26,088 nucleotides of DNA from positions 1-26,088 of the IMG/VR virus record IMGVR_UViG_3300037851_000206, one strand, 5' to 3'. The notes below the pieces were generated by a model. That model had not been told where the DNA came from, ran no database searches, and worked only from the letters and a program-made list of their open reading frames with translations. The DNA comes from a virus (taxonomy: Duplodnaviria; Caudoviricetes). Positions 16,177 through 23,982 of the stretch are shown here, piece after piece (position 1 is the stretch's first letter; each line of letters begins with the position of its first letter). The translations under genes were made by a program, and so were the position numbers.

Positions 16177-17489
16177 ACATCAGTCAACACGAACCGCCGC
16201 CGGACATCTCCCTCGCTGGATATTCAGTCGTAGCCAGCTACATCGAGGCAGCCAACAGAATCCTCGTTCAGGACCCTTCTGTATCCGAAGTCGAGCTAGA
16301 CAGAAGGGCACGCGCCGTAGCCGCACAGCCGACTAGGAAGAAGAAGGGGGCGTCCGATCGTCTCAAAGCATTCTGCCCCACGGGTCCAGCCACCGATAAC
16401 GACGGCTCATTCGATCCGAAGAACCCAGACATCACGAAGGCATTTTGTCCAACCGGCCCAGGTGGGGGTGTAGACAACTCATGCAGTCCAAAGCGTGGCA
16501 GCAACAATCGGAGACGGGATAGGCATCAACACGTTGACACCAACGGTGACGGGGTGACGGACGCCGCTCGTGTAGGTGTGCCTGCGATGGAGGTGCCCCC
16601 GCCGCCAGGCGTTCCGAAGTTGGACGGACTTGACGAACGTAGTGAGCAGGCTCAGCAGGCATTCATAGACCACTTCGAAGCTGATCCGGATGGGGTGGCA
16701 AGCAAGTTTCGTGAGCTGGTTGTCAAGGCAGGGGGAACTCCTACGTTCGGAACGGACGACGCAAAGGTTCTGGCAGACGTATGGTCCGAGACGGACCCTG
16801 AGCAACGTGCGACCAACCGTGCCACAATGAATCTGGCTCTCCATCAAACCGCTAACGCAATCGCCAAGCGAGCATTCTTGCAGTACCTGGACACGTTGGA
16901 GCCCGGTGCCAATATCCTGGTCACTGCGGGTGGCTGCGGGGCTGGGAAGGGGTTTGCTCTTGGCACTGACAAGGATGGGAACCCCTACGTTCCCAAGGCC
17001 CATGAAATGAAGACCCAAGCCTCCGCCGTGTGGGACTCGGCAGGTGACCAGAACGGTATCGAGAGCCCATGGATTCTTGAGGAGGCTGAAAAGCGAGGGC
17101 TGACAGTTTCGTACGCCTACATTCATGCCGACCCGAAGGTACAATGGGCTGACCCGAACAAGGGCGTGGTCAAACGTGCCAGCAACCCGAAGGACGGGCG
17201 GATGGTAGACGCAAGAGTGTTCGCTGACAGCTATGTGGTCGGAGCTCAGAACCACATGGCGTTCTACGAGGCCAACAAGGACAACCCAGCCGCGTCGTTC
17301 GTCTTCATTGACAACCGCAACGGTCCCAAGGAGGTCCCTACCATTCCGGAGGAGGCACTGAGTCTGTCTGCTGATGAGCTGGTAGAGTTTGCAGAGCAGG
17401 CAGTGGCAAGCCCTGACGTTCCACCCCGCGTTCGCGAAGGTGCTACTCAAGGGCGTCGTGTGTGGGAGGCAGCAGATGACGACGATTGA
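16173..17489 (+). CDS. Tagged cargo protein: zeta-toxin-like P-loop kinase
   Basis: ATGA overlap. Walker A ILVTAGGCGAGKG at about 16929, plus VWDSAG, YAYIHADP, RASNPKDGRMV and FVFIDN. Confidence 0.75.
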   Translation: MNISQHEPPPDISLAGYSVVASYIEAANRILVQDPSVSEVELDRRARAVAAQPTRKKKGASDRLKAFCPTGPATDNDGSFDPKNPDITKAFCPTGPGGGVDNSCSPKRGSNNRRRDRHQHVDTNGDGVTDAARVGVPAMEVPPPPGVPKLDGLDERSEQAQQAFIDHFEADPDGVASKFRELVVKAGGTPTFGTDDAKVLADVWSETDPEQRATNRATMNLALHQTANAIAKRAFLQYLDTLEPGANILVTAGGCGAGKGFALGTDKDGNPYVPKAHEMKTQASAVWDSAGDQNGIESPWILEEAEKRGLTVSYAYIHADPKVQWADPNKGVVKRASNPKDGRMVDARVFADSYVVGAQNHMAFYEANKDNPAASFVFIDNRNGPKEVPTIPEEALSLSADELVEFAEQAVASPDVPPRVREGATQGRRVWEAADDDD

Positions 17490-19071
17490 GCAGTGGTGGG
17501 AAGAGGACGCAGAGAGGTTGAACAAGCTCGCGGAGGCTGCTCGTCCATTCGCTGCAAAGGTGCTGCCAGATGACGACAAGCCAACAGACGCCAAGGCCTG
17601 GTGTCCAACAGGCCCAGGTGGCGGGCGGGACAACTCCTGCTCGCCCAAGCGCAACGCCGTTGGTGACGTGTCTGTTCCTACGGAAGATGAGGCACGGGCG
17701 AACTACGAAGCCCTCTACGAACGCGCAAGAAAGCAAGAGGCCCAGAGAGAGGTTGTAGCCTCCCAGTGGTCTTCAATGAGGTTCGAGTTGGAGAAGGACA
17801 GACTCGAGCTCGAGAAGTTGCGGAACGTCTACCCGCGGACCCCAGAACTCGAAGAACGAATAAACGCCGCTGCGGAGGCACTAGACGACAAGGAGTTGAC
17901 GTATGCACAGCTCTCCCGTCAGGTTCAAACAATGGATCGGGAAGAGCAGTTGGTTCTACACGAGATGACTCGCGAGAAGATGCAGCTCCAAGCCGCCAAC
18001 CCGGAGGAGTACCGTGCGGCTATGCTGGAGGACCTGGAAGGGATGAAAGCGACTCACGGCAAGCTCGCGGAGCTTGAGAAGCTGGCAGACGAATCTGGAT
18101 ACGTTGGTCTTTACAATAGTCAGATTGGCAAGATGGCTGAAGTCGTCAGATCCTTTGCCACTCTCGAAGATGCTTTGGAGACTCATCCTGCTCTTCAAAG
18201 CCACCCGGAACTTGCGAAAGCGATGTTCGAGTACAAAGGCCCAGCGAACATGCGGCCAGACAACTCAAAATGGCTGCCACCATACTACGGGGACCCTCAC
18301 ACAGTCGGGGACACTCGTGCTGAGATGTCGTCAAGCAAAGTGTCCAAGCTGGTAGCAGGCAGAGTCAAGGAGCAGGGCGGGGCGAGTGAGGACGTCAAAT
18401 CCTTCACTGAGCAATGTGGGATCTATGCTCAGATGAGTTCCGGTGGAGTGGCCCAGATACTGATGAGCGAAGACGGTCGTGTCAAGAACGGATTCTTCAG
18501 GGATACGCCTGGTTCCGTAGGAGATGGCAGGCCGACGTACTGGCCCATTCGTAAAGGCGCAGAGAAGCGGATGTTCGACATCCCGCTTTCAGCAAGACCC
18601 GATCAGCGTCCAGTGTATGGGTACCTTGAACATCCACACCGTTCGCGTAGTGTTTCCCAGAAACACAAGCAATATGGCGACGTTCAGGTCGTTTTCAAGC
18701 CTGCTGTGAAGGCTCGCACCACGATGACTGTAGGAGACTCGCTGGATGACGAAGGTCTTCATGGAGCAAAGGCAGTGGCAGTCAACGACCCAGGGGGAAG
18801 CATTCTCTCTGACGGGTACACAGTGTCAGCCGCTCCTGTTGCATCTGATTGGAAGGTTGGGTATGCAAGCGATCCGGAAGCAGAAGGATGGACGCCACGA
18901 TACATCGAGGCTCAGATGCACGGCAAAGTGAGCAGAGGCGACATCCAAGAGATTAGAGCTGCGAAAGGTACATTGTCTTCATACGCCCGCGAAGCGGCGG
19001 CAAAACACGGCATCCCGATAGTTGACCTGCCGCCTCCGCACATTCTCTACTCGTATGCTCGAGGTTGGTGA
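17476..19071 (+). CDS. Tagged cargo protein: coiled coil + DUF3626-like (ART-like) domain
   Basis: GGGAGG RBS and ATG at 17476. Motifs RPVYGYL, QYGDVQVVFKP..KARTTMTVGDSL and YIEAQMHGKV..DI. Confidence 0.75.
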   Translation: MTTIEQWWEEDAERLNKLAEAARPFAAKVLPDDDKPTDAKAWCPTGPGGGRDNSCSPKRNAVGDVSVPTEDEARANYEALYERARKQEAQREVVASQWSSMRFELEKDRLELEKLRNVYPRTPELEERINAAAEALDDKELTYAQLSRQVQTMDREEQLVLHEMTREKMQLQAANPEEYRAAMLEDLEGMKATHGKLAELEKLADESGYVGLYNSQIGKMAEVVRSFATLEDALETHPALQSHPELAKAMFEYKGPANMRPDNSKWLPPYYGDPHTVGDTRAEMSSSKVSKLVAGRVKEQGGASEDVKSFTEQCGIYAQMSSGGVAQILMSEDGRVKNGFFRDTPGSVGDGRPTYWPIRKGAEKRMFDIPLSARPDQRPVYGYLEHPHRSRSVSQKHKQYGDVQVVFKPAVKARTTMTVGDSLDDEGLHGAKAVAVNDPGGSILSDGYTVSAAPVASDWKVGYASDPEAEGWTPRYIEAQMHGKVSRGDIQEIRAAKGTLSSYAREAAAKHGIPIVDLPPPHILYSYARGW

Positions 19072-19075
19072 CACC

Positions 19076-19300
19076 ATGTACGCTCTGAATGAACTGCCCG
19101 CTACTGATCGAGAGACGTTCAACGGCTACACGTTGATCGGACGTGACCCAACCAACCGTCAGCCAGTCATGCAGAACGAGTATGGCGAGTTCACGCTGTC
19201 ATCAATTGAGCGGGGCTACTGGGAGCGGGAGCTCGACAGCCCATTCACAGAGCAGGACAAGGCACGGATCGAGAGCATACTCGTCCGTGCTGGTGTGTAG
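19076..19300 (+). CDS. Small hypothetical protein downstream of the DUF3626-like cargo (candidate partner)
   Basis: GAGGT/GGTG RBS; ATG 4 nt after the upstream stop; 74 aa. Confidence 0.65.
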   Translation: MYALNELPATDRETFNGYTLIGRDPTNRQPVMQNEYGEFTLSSIERGYWERELDSPFTEQDKARIESILVRAGV

Positions 19301-19327
19301 TGTTCGGTAGATACCCAAGAGGACAAG

Positions 19328-19621
19328 GTGATGCTGATCCCAGCCAACATTGACGACGTGGAGCTGACCCGTGCCGTAGAGACGCGCTTCATCGATCTCT
19401 GCGACACCTACCTTCGCATCAAGGGAGTCACGCTGCCCATTCCAAAGGATCTCGTCAAAGAGCTGGCGTTGTGGCGTCAGATGGCAGTCCGATTCAAGAC
19501 AGGTGACATGCGAGTGTCTGTTGACGAGCGGAAGGCTGTTCGCAGGTTTGCTCAGTGGACGCTTGACGTCAACTGCGACCTTCGCAACCAGCCAAAGCAG
19601 ACGCTCGTCTGGAAGGACTGA
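19328..19621 (+). CDS. Hypothetical protein
   Basis: GAGGA RBS; 97 aa. Confidence 0.65.
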   Translation: MMLIPANIDDVELTRAVETRFIDLCDTYLRIKGVTLPIPKDLVKELALWRQMAVRFKTGDMRVSVDERKAVRRFAQWTLDVNCDLRNQPKQTLVWKD

Positions 19622-19623
19622 GC

Positions 19624-20052
19624 ATGGCACGAGCACGTCTGCAAGACTTGCCTGGTCTGTTTGATGGACCCATCTTCCGTCCGGGCGACAGAGTCCTTGC
19701 TCGTGTGCGGGGGCGACTCGACTTCGTGCAGACAAGGAAGCTCACACGGGCGATCCAGAAATTCGCCTGCTGCGATGTGCGGGTTCTGATCGTCGATCCG
19801 TATGACTGCCGCGTGGTGCTGGTGCGGGATGGCAAGAGGTACTTGCTGGCGGACCTGAGCCAGTCTTCAACGCCCACGCAGATGGGCATCGCGAACGTGA
19901 GCTGTCAGCAGGTCGAATTCGTGGAGGGGGATGAGCTGTTGCTCATACGCCTGGCTCTGATGACCCCCGACCAGGAAAAGCGGTTGTGGCAAGCCGCACG
20001 TGACTGGGCTGGGCCGGGTGTCCCGATCCGCTCCAAGTATCTCGTCGGGTAG
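19624..20052 (+). CDS. Hypothetical protein
   Basis: Starts 2 nt after the upstream stop; 142 aa. Confidence 0.65.
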   Translation: MARARLQDLPGLFDGPIFRPGDRVLARVRGRLDFVQTRKLTRAIQKFACCDVRVLIVDPYDCRVVLVRDGKRYLLADLSQSSTPTQMGIANVSCQQVEFVEGDELLLIRLALMTPDQEKRLWQAARDWAGPGVPIRSKYLVG

Positions 20053-20100
20053 CGTGGTTTCTTCGCGGTTTCCTCGCTGAAGAAAATTGTCTCCTAGGGG

Positions 20101-20128
20101 TTGCAACGTGCATCGCAGAGGCTATACT
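20101..20128 (+). promoter_or_regulatory. Putative sigma70-type promoter TTGCAA-N16-TATACT
   Basis: Near-consensus hexamers in an intergenic gap, about 50 nt upstream of a gene with a GAGGAGG RBS. Confidence 0.55.
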
Positions 20129-20178
20129 ACATATGTGACGCCTGTCACGCCCCTGCCACCCCCGAGGAGGACCGAGCG

Positions 20179-20379
20179 ATGCCGATCATCATCAAGAACA
20201 TCGAGAACAGCCAGTCCGGCGAGCTGGTCAAGGACCTCAAGCTCGTCGGCAAGTACCGCGTCCGACTTGCAAGCGGCAAGCTGGTTGAGTGGTACAAAGG
20301 CGAATGCAACCTTGTTCACAACGGATCCGTCATCCACTGGCCCGATGTCGAGGACGTCCTCGCCGCATCCGGATTCTGA
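20179..20379 (+). CDS. Small hypothetical protein
   Basis: GAGGAGG RBS; MPIIIKNIEN..., 66 aa. Confidence 0.7.
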   Translation: MPIIIKNIENSQSGELVKDLKLVGKYRVRLASGKLVEWYKGECNLVHNGSVIHWPDVEDVLAASGF

Positions 20380-20408
20380 TTCCAAAAGCCTCCAAGGAGA
20401 ACGCAACC

Positions 20409-20681
20409 ATGCCAAACGCTAACACCAACGCCCGCCCACGCATCCTGCCGCCAGTTCCAACTCCGTTCGCGGATCGCCTCGTCAAGGCTCTCCAGAACCC
20501 GTTCAATTGGAAACTGCCCACCGCACCCTTCGTCACCTACGACAAGGAGGCTGCGGACGAGCTCGGCTACGCCTTGGACTTCTACATGGGCGGGCACGAG
20601 CTCCAAGTCTTTCCGTTCTGTGAAGGCAGCGGGGCCTACACCGTCACCAGTGCTGGTTACTATCACTACGTCGGAGCATGA
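20409..20681 (+). CDS. Small hypothetical protein
   Basis: AAGGAG RBS; MPNANT...GYYHYVGA, 90 aa. Confidence 0.75.
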   Translation: MPNANTNARPRILPPVPTPFADRLVKALQNPFNWKLPTAPFVTYDKEAADELGYALDFYMGGHELQVFPFCEGSGAYTVTSAGYYHYVGA

Positions 20682-20693
20682 AAGGAGTCAACG

Positions 20694-20954
20694 ATGAGTG
20701 TTCTCGATCGAGTGATCAAGGAGTACGACAAGAGCATCGAGCAGCTCGAGAGGGACCTGCGGGTCGCTGTCGGGCGGTTGCAAGTGTCGTCAAACGAGCT
20801 GGCGGCCAACGCCCTGGGGGACATGCCCGTTCAGCTCTACGCCGAGAAGGTAGCGTCTCTTGCTCAGGGCATCGCTGTCCTGCGGCAGCAGATTGACGGG
20901 GAGAAGGCTTACCGGATGACTCTGCTGTCCATCAAGAACGGAGCAGCCGCATGA
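20694..20954 (+). CDS. Small coiled-coil hypothetical protein
   Basis: AAGGAG RBS; 86 aa. Confidence 0.75.
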   Translation: MSVLDRVIKEYDKSIEQLERDLRVAVGRLQVSSNELAANALGDMPVQLYAEKVASLAQGIAVLRQQIDGEKAYRMTLLSIKNGAAA

Positions 20955-21112
20955 GCAAGCCCACCAACAACGTGGTTTGCCCCTACTGCGAGAAATCGGT
21001 ACGGGTGAACGTCAACGGTCGAGTTCGGGTTCATCAATCAGGAACGGGCCGCCACTGCCAAGGCAGCGGCAAGAAGGAAGGAGGGATGGAAAAGGCTCCG
21101 CCATCCAGGTAG
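20951..21112 (+). CDS. Small putative Zn-ribbon protein (53 aa, not in the ORF track)
   Basis: GGAG RBS and ATGA overlap; CPYC-x14-H-x7-CQGSG. Confidence 0.65.
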   Translation: MSKPTNNVVCPYCEKSVRVNVNGRVRVHQSGTGRHCQGSGKKEGGMEKAPPSR

Positions 21113-21181
21113 TTTCAAGTCGAGTTCGGTATATTGGTTCTAGGTAGTTTCACTTCAGCACCCAAGCAAGGAGAACAGAAG

Positions 21182-22201
21182 ATGGCACACGAGATCACTT
21201 CAACGGACGGTGCGGTGTACCACGCCAAGCCCGCATGGCACGGACTGGGACTGGTGGTGGCGGACGCCCCAAGCCCACGGGAGGCCTTGAAGCTGGCCGG
21301 GATGGGCTGGGACGTGATTCAGCGTCCTCTGTTCGTCAAGGACGGGAACTTCGAGGACCAGGTGGAGACCCACGTGGTCAACTACCGCTCTGACAATAAC
21401 GAGCGACTCGGTGTCGTGTCCGCCAACTACCAGCCCATCCAGAACGGGGAGGTGGCAGACTTCGCTCAGGCTCTTAGCGAGCTTGGGACCGAAGTGAAGG
21501 TTGAGTCCGCTGGGACCATCCGCGGTGGCAAGCGGATCTGGTTCTTGCTCAAGGGCGAGACCTTCAGTGTGGCGAAGGGTGACGAGATCTATCCCTACGT
21601 CCTGCTCAGCAACGGGCACGACGGGTACGGATCGTTCCGCGTCACTCCGACCACTGTGCGAGTCGTGTGCTCCAACACGCTCCACATGGTAATCCCGCGA
21701 TCAGATTCCGGGGAGCTGTTGGATTCGGCCTTGGTGCTCAAGCATACGGTCAACGTGATGACTCGAGTCCAGGAGGCCAAGCGAGCCTTGTCCATGTACG
21801 GCAAGGCGGTCAAGGGTGTGCAAGCCGTCGCAGACGTTCTGTCCGCGAAGGATGTGAACCACGCCGACGTGCAGAAGTTCTTCCTGGAGAACTACACTGT
21901 GGACTTCGGGGACATCCCGGCCAACCCACAGAACGTGTGGGAGGAGAAGAAACGGGAGCGGGCACACTCCGCTCTGGCATCCTTCTCCCGCCGCTTTGAT
22001 GACGAGCGGAGCATCGCGGGGGCAAGTGCCTGGAACATGCTGAACGCCTACACTGGGCTGATCCAGCATGATCGCAAGGCGGTGGGCAAGGACGACGAGT
22101 CCCGCGTGGAGAGCCGCGTGGATTCCAACCTGTTCGGACTCAGCCAGCAGCGGACTCAGGCTGCTCTGCGTCGGGCCTATCGGTTCGCAGTGGCCACCTG
22201 A
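21182..22201 (+). CDS. DUF932-family phage/plasmid protein (TIGR03299-like)
   Basis: AAGGAG RBS. Motifs MAHEI, PAWHGLG, LGVVSANYQPIQN, ESAGTIRGGKRIW, NGHDG and TTVRVVCSNTL. Confidence 0.88.
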   Translation: MAHEITSTDGAVYHAKPAWHGLGLVVADAPSPREALKLAGMGWDVIQRPLFVKDGNFEDQVETHVVNYRSDNNERLGVVSANYQPIQNGEVADFAQALSELGTEVKVESAGTIRGGKRIWFLLKGETFSVAKGDEIYPYVLLSNGHDGYGSFRVTPTTVRVVCSNTLHMVIPRSDSGELLDSALVLKHTVNVMTRVQEAKRALSMYGKAVKGVQAVADVLSAKDVNHADVQKFFLENYTVDFGDIPANPQNVWEEKKRERAHSALASFSRRFDDERSIAGASAWNMLNAYTGLIQHDRKAVGKDDESRVESRVDSNLFGLSQQRTQAALRRAYRFAVAT

Positions 22202-22224
22202 TAGGTAGCCCAACAACGAAGGTC

Positions 22225-22264
22225 AGCACCCGCCGGGGACCACTCCGGCGGGTGCTTCGTTGGT
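22225..22264 (+). terminator. Putative intrinsic terminator hairpin after DUF932
   Basis: 12-bp stem agcacccgccgg/ccggcgggtgct with a weak T tail (tcgttggt). Confidence 0.6.
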
Positions 22265-22302
22265 GGAGGGTATTGGAGAATTCAGAACATGCCATACACT
22301 TC

Positions 22303-22330
22303 TTGACGTTGAGAAACTTTTCAACGTCAA
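22303..22330. promoter_or_regulatory. Perfect 10-bp inverted repeat TTGACGTTGA-N8-TCAACGTCAA (candidate operator)
   Basis: Intergenic, upstream of the protease/capsid operon. Confidence 0.45.
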
Positions 22331-22355
22331 CAACACACACGACAGGGGACACGAG

Positions 22356-22727
22356 ATGTCGAAGATTGTCAACTTCTACTTGGGTGCTGCGGTTGGGCTT
22401 GCTTCGCGGCAGCTCGTGATCACTCGTATGCCGAAGTCCGGCGACGACGAGCCGCTCGACATCGAACCAGCAGTGGACGAAGAGCTCGGCGACGACGTCG
22501 AGTCGTACGAGGCTGAGCTCGATGACGACGAGATTTTCCAAGCCGTGCTCACGGACACTGCCACCAACGGACTGGTGGGTGCCCCTGCCATCCTCAACTT
22601 CAACACGACGTACGAGGTGTGCCCGGGTCCCGCGTCAGACGCAAGTGACTCGCTCTTCCGAATCACGTCTATCGAAACGGTTCCCGTGACGCCTAGCTCG
22701 TCATCTTCCTCTTCTAGCGGCGAGTGA
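22356..22727 (+). CDS. Acidic hypothetical protein upstream of the prohead protease
   Basis: AGGGG RBS and ATG at 22356; poly-Ser C-terminus. Confidence 0.7.
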   Translation: MSKIVNFYLGAAVGLASRQLVITRMPKSGDDEPLDIEPAVDEELGDDVESYEAELDDDEIFQAVLTDTATNGLVGAPAILNFNTTYEVCPGPASDASDSLFRITSIETVPVTPSSSSSSSSGE

Positions 22728-22770
22728 TGAGTGACGAGTCGGTTCGAGTCCTTCCCATCTAGGAACACCC

Positions 22771-23928
22771 ATGGCAGTCGATCTTCTACTCAAAGCGGTC
22801 CGCGAACGCCAGACCAAGAACCCGTGGAATCGCGGGATCGTGACTGCTGACAGGTATGTGCAGACGATCCAGGAGTGTTTCGGGAGCGATCTGTGCAAGC
22901 GATTCGCGGCTACGAAGGGTGGCGACTTCGAGTCGGTGATGAAGAAGGCAGCGCAGACGCTCACGTTCAACAACCCGGAGATGATCGTCAAGGACATCTA
23001 CGGTTCGACCTTCGACTGGAAGGACAAGGACGGCGATCGCTTGGAGCTGCCCAAGAACACGCTGATGGTGTTCAAGCATGTCCTCACCACGCCTCGCAAG
23101 GACCGTGACGGCGACGTTCTTCGCACGGAGGGAGCTCAGCCGGATCCCAAGATGCTCTTGCTGTGGCAGCATGTCCACACACTGCCCATCGGCAAGATGC
23201 TGACTGTGTTGGAGCACAATGCCAAGGCACTCACAGCCGCCTCCGCCATTGTGGACATCAACGAGCTGGCTCACGACGCTGCTGTGATGGTGGACAACGA
23301 CATGGGTCGCTTCAGCCACGGTTTCCGTGCGCTTGAGTTCGATCGTATTCGCACCAAGGGCGTCAAGGAAGAGGACTGGCCGTTCGACGTCAAGTCGTTT
23401 GAGATCATGGAGGAGTCGCTTGTCAGCGTCCCGTCGAATGCGGACGCGGAGACGCTTGGTATTCTCCTTGACCTTGTTGAGGGCGGCAAGCTGACCAGCC
23501 CCACAATGAAGGAAGCTGGCAAGAACATCCGTTCCAAGTACCATCCAGTCCAAGTCAACATCCCGCTCGACACGAGCAAGAAGAACGCTGAGGGCACTGA
23601 CGATGAGCCAGCCGAAACCAAAGGAACGAAATGCGGCCCAGGAAGCGGCTGCGGTTGCCAAGCCTGCACATCAGAAGAAACCGATGACGACGAGTCAGGG
23701 GACGAAGGCAAGTCCAAAGAGTCAAAAGTGAAGGAACCGGAGCCGAAGACAGTCGAGGTGGTTGTTGAGAAGCTCCGCGACGCTACAACGCAAGAGGCGA
23801 TGGCAATCTTCCTGGCGGGGGCTACTGCTGGCGAACGCCAGCAGATGAAGAGCTTGCTCCACAGCATGGAGCAGGTCGAAGAGAACAACGCTCGCATCAA
23901 GCAGATCCGAGCGATCATGAAACAATGA
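22771..23928 (+). CDS. Prohead (capsid maturation) protease, HK97 family
   Basis: KDRDGDVL, LLLWQH..PIG (His), RFSHGF (Ser) and EESLVSVPSN. It lies directly upstream of the capsid gene. Confidence 0.9.
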   Translation: MAVDLLLKAVRERQTKNPWNRGIVTADRYVQTIQECFGSDLCKRFAATKGGDFESVMKKAAQTLTFNNPEMIVKDIYGSTFDWKDKDGDRLELPKNTLMVFKHVLTTPRKDRDGDVLRTEGAQPDPKMLLLWQHVHTLPIGKMLTVLEHNAKALTAASAIVDINELAHDAAVMVDNDMGRFSHGFRALEFDRIRTKGVKEEDWPFDVKSFEIMEESLVSVPSNADAETLGILLDLVEGGKLTSPTMKEAGKNIRSKYHPVQVNIPLDTSKKNAEGTDDEPAETKGTKCGPGSGCGCQACTSEETDDDESGDEGKSKESKVKEPEPKTVEVVVEKLRDATTQEAMAIFLAGATAGERQQMKSLLHSMEQVEENNARIKQIRAIMKQ

Positions 23929-23982
23929 GGCGAAGCGGTGGTCGCGAGCTTCTTTGAGGGTTTGGGTTTCTTTCTTTAGGAG

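Larger units (their letters stand above)
2597..17646 (+). repeat. Dispersed protein-coding repeat (16-codon Cys/Gly tag). Full copies start at 2597, 4969, 5855, 8184, 8647, 9641, 10328, 14782, 15382, 16443 and 17599; truncated copy at 16371
   Basis: All copies are in frame in + strand CDSs. The amino acid sequence is conserved with extensive synonymous codon variation. Confidence 0.95.

Noticed and set aside
16536-16562. DTNGDGVTD EF-hand/dockerin-like calcium loop
   Set aside because: A single short match with no flanking helices or second copy, so there is too little support.
2597-17646. Tag repeats as a CRISPR array, DNA-level repeat element or DGR
   Set aside because: Spacing is irregular (hundreds to thousands of bp), all copies are in frame with synonymous variation, and no cas or reverse transcriptase gene is present in the window.
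16479-17654. 391-aa - strand ORF, and similar ones at 10364-11320, 22786-23661 and 1993-2733
   Set aside because: They are shadows of well-supported + strand genes. Their recurring GEQELSRPPPGPVGQ is just the reverse complement of the tag.
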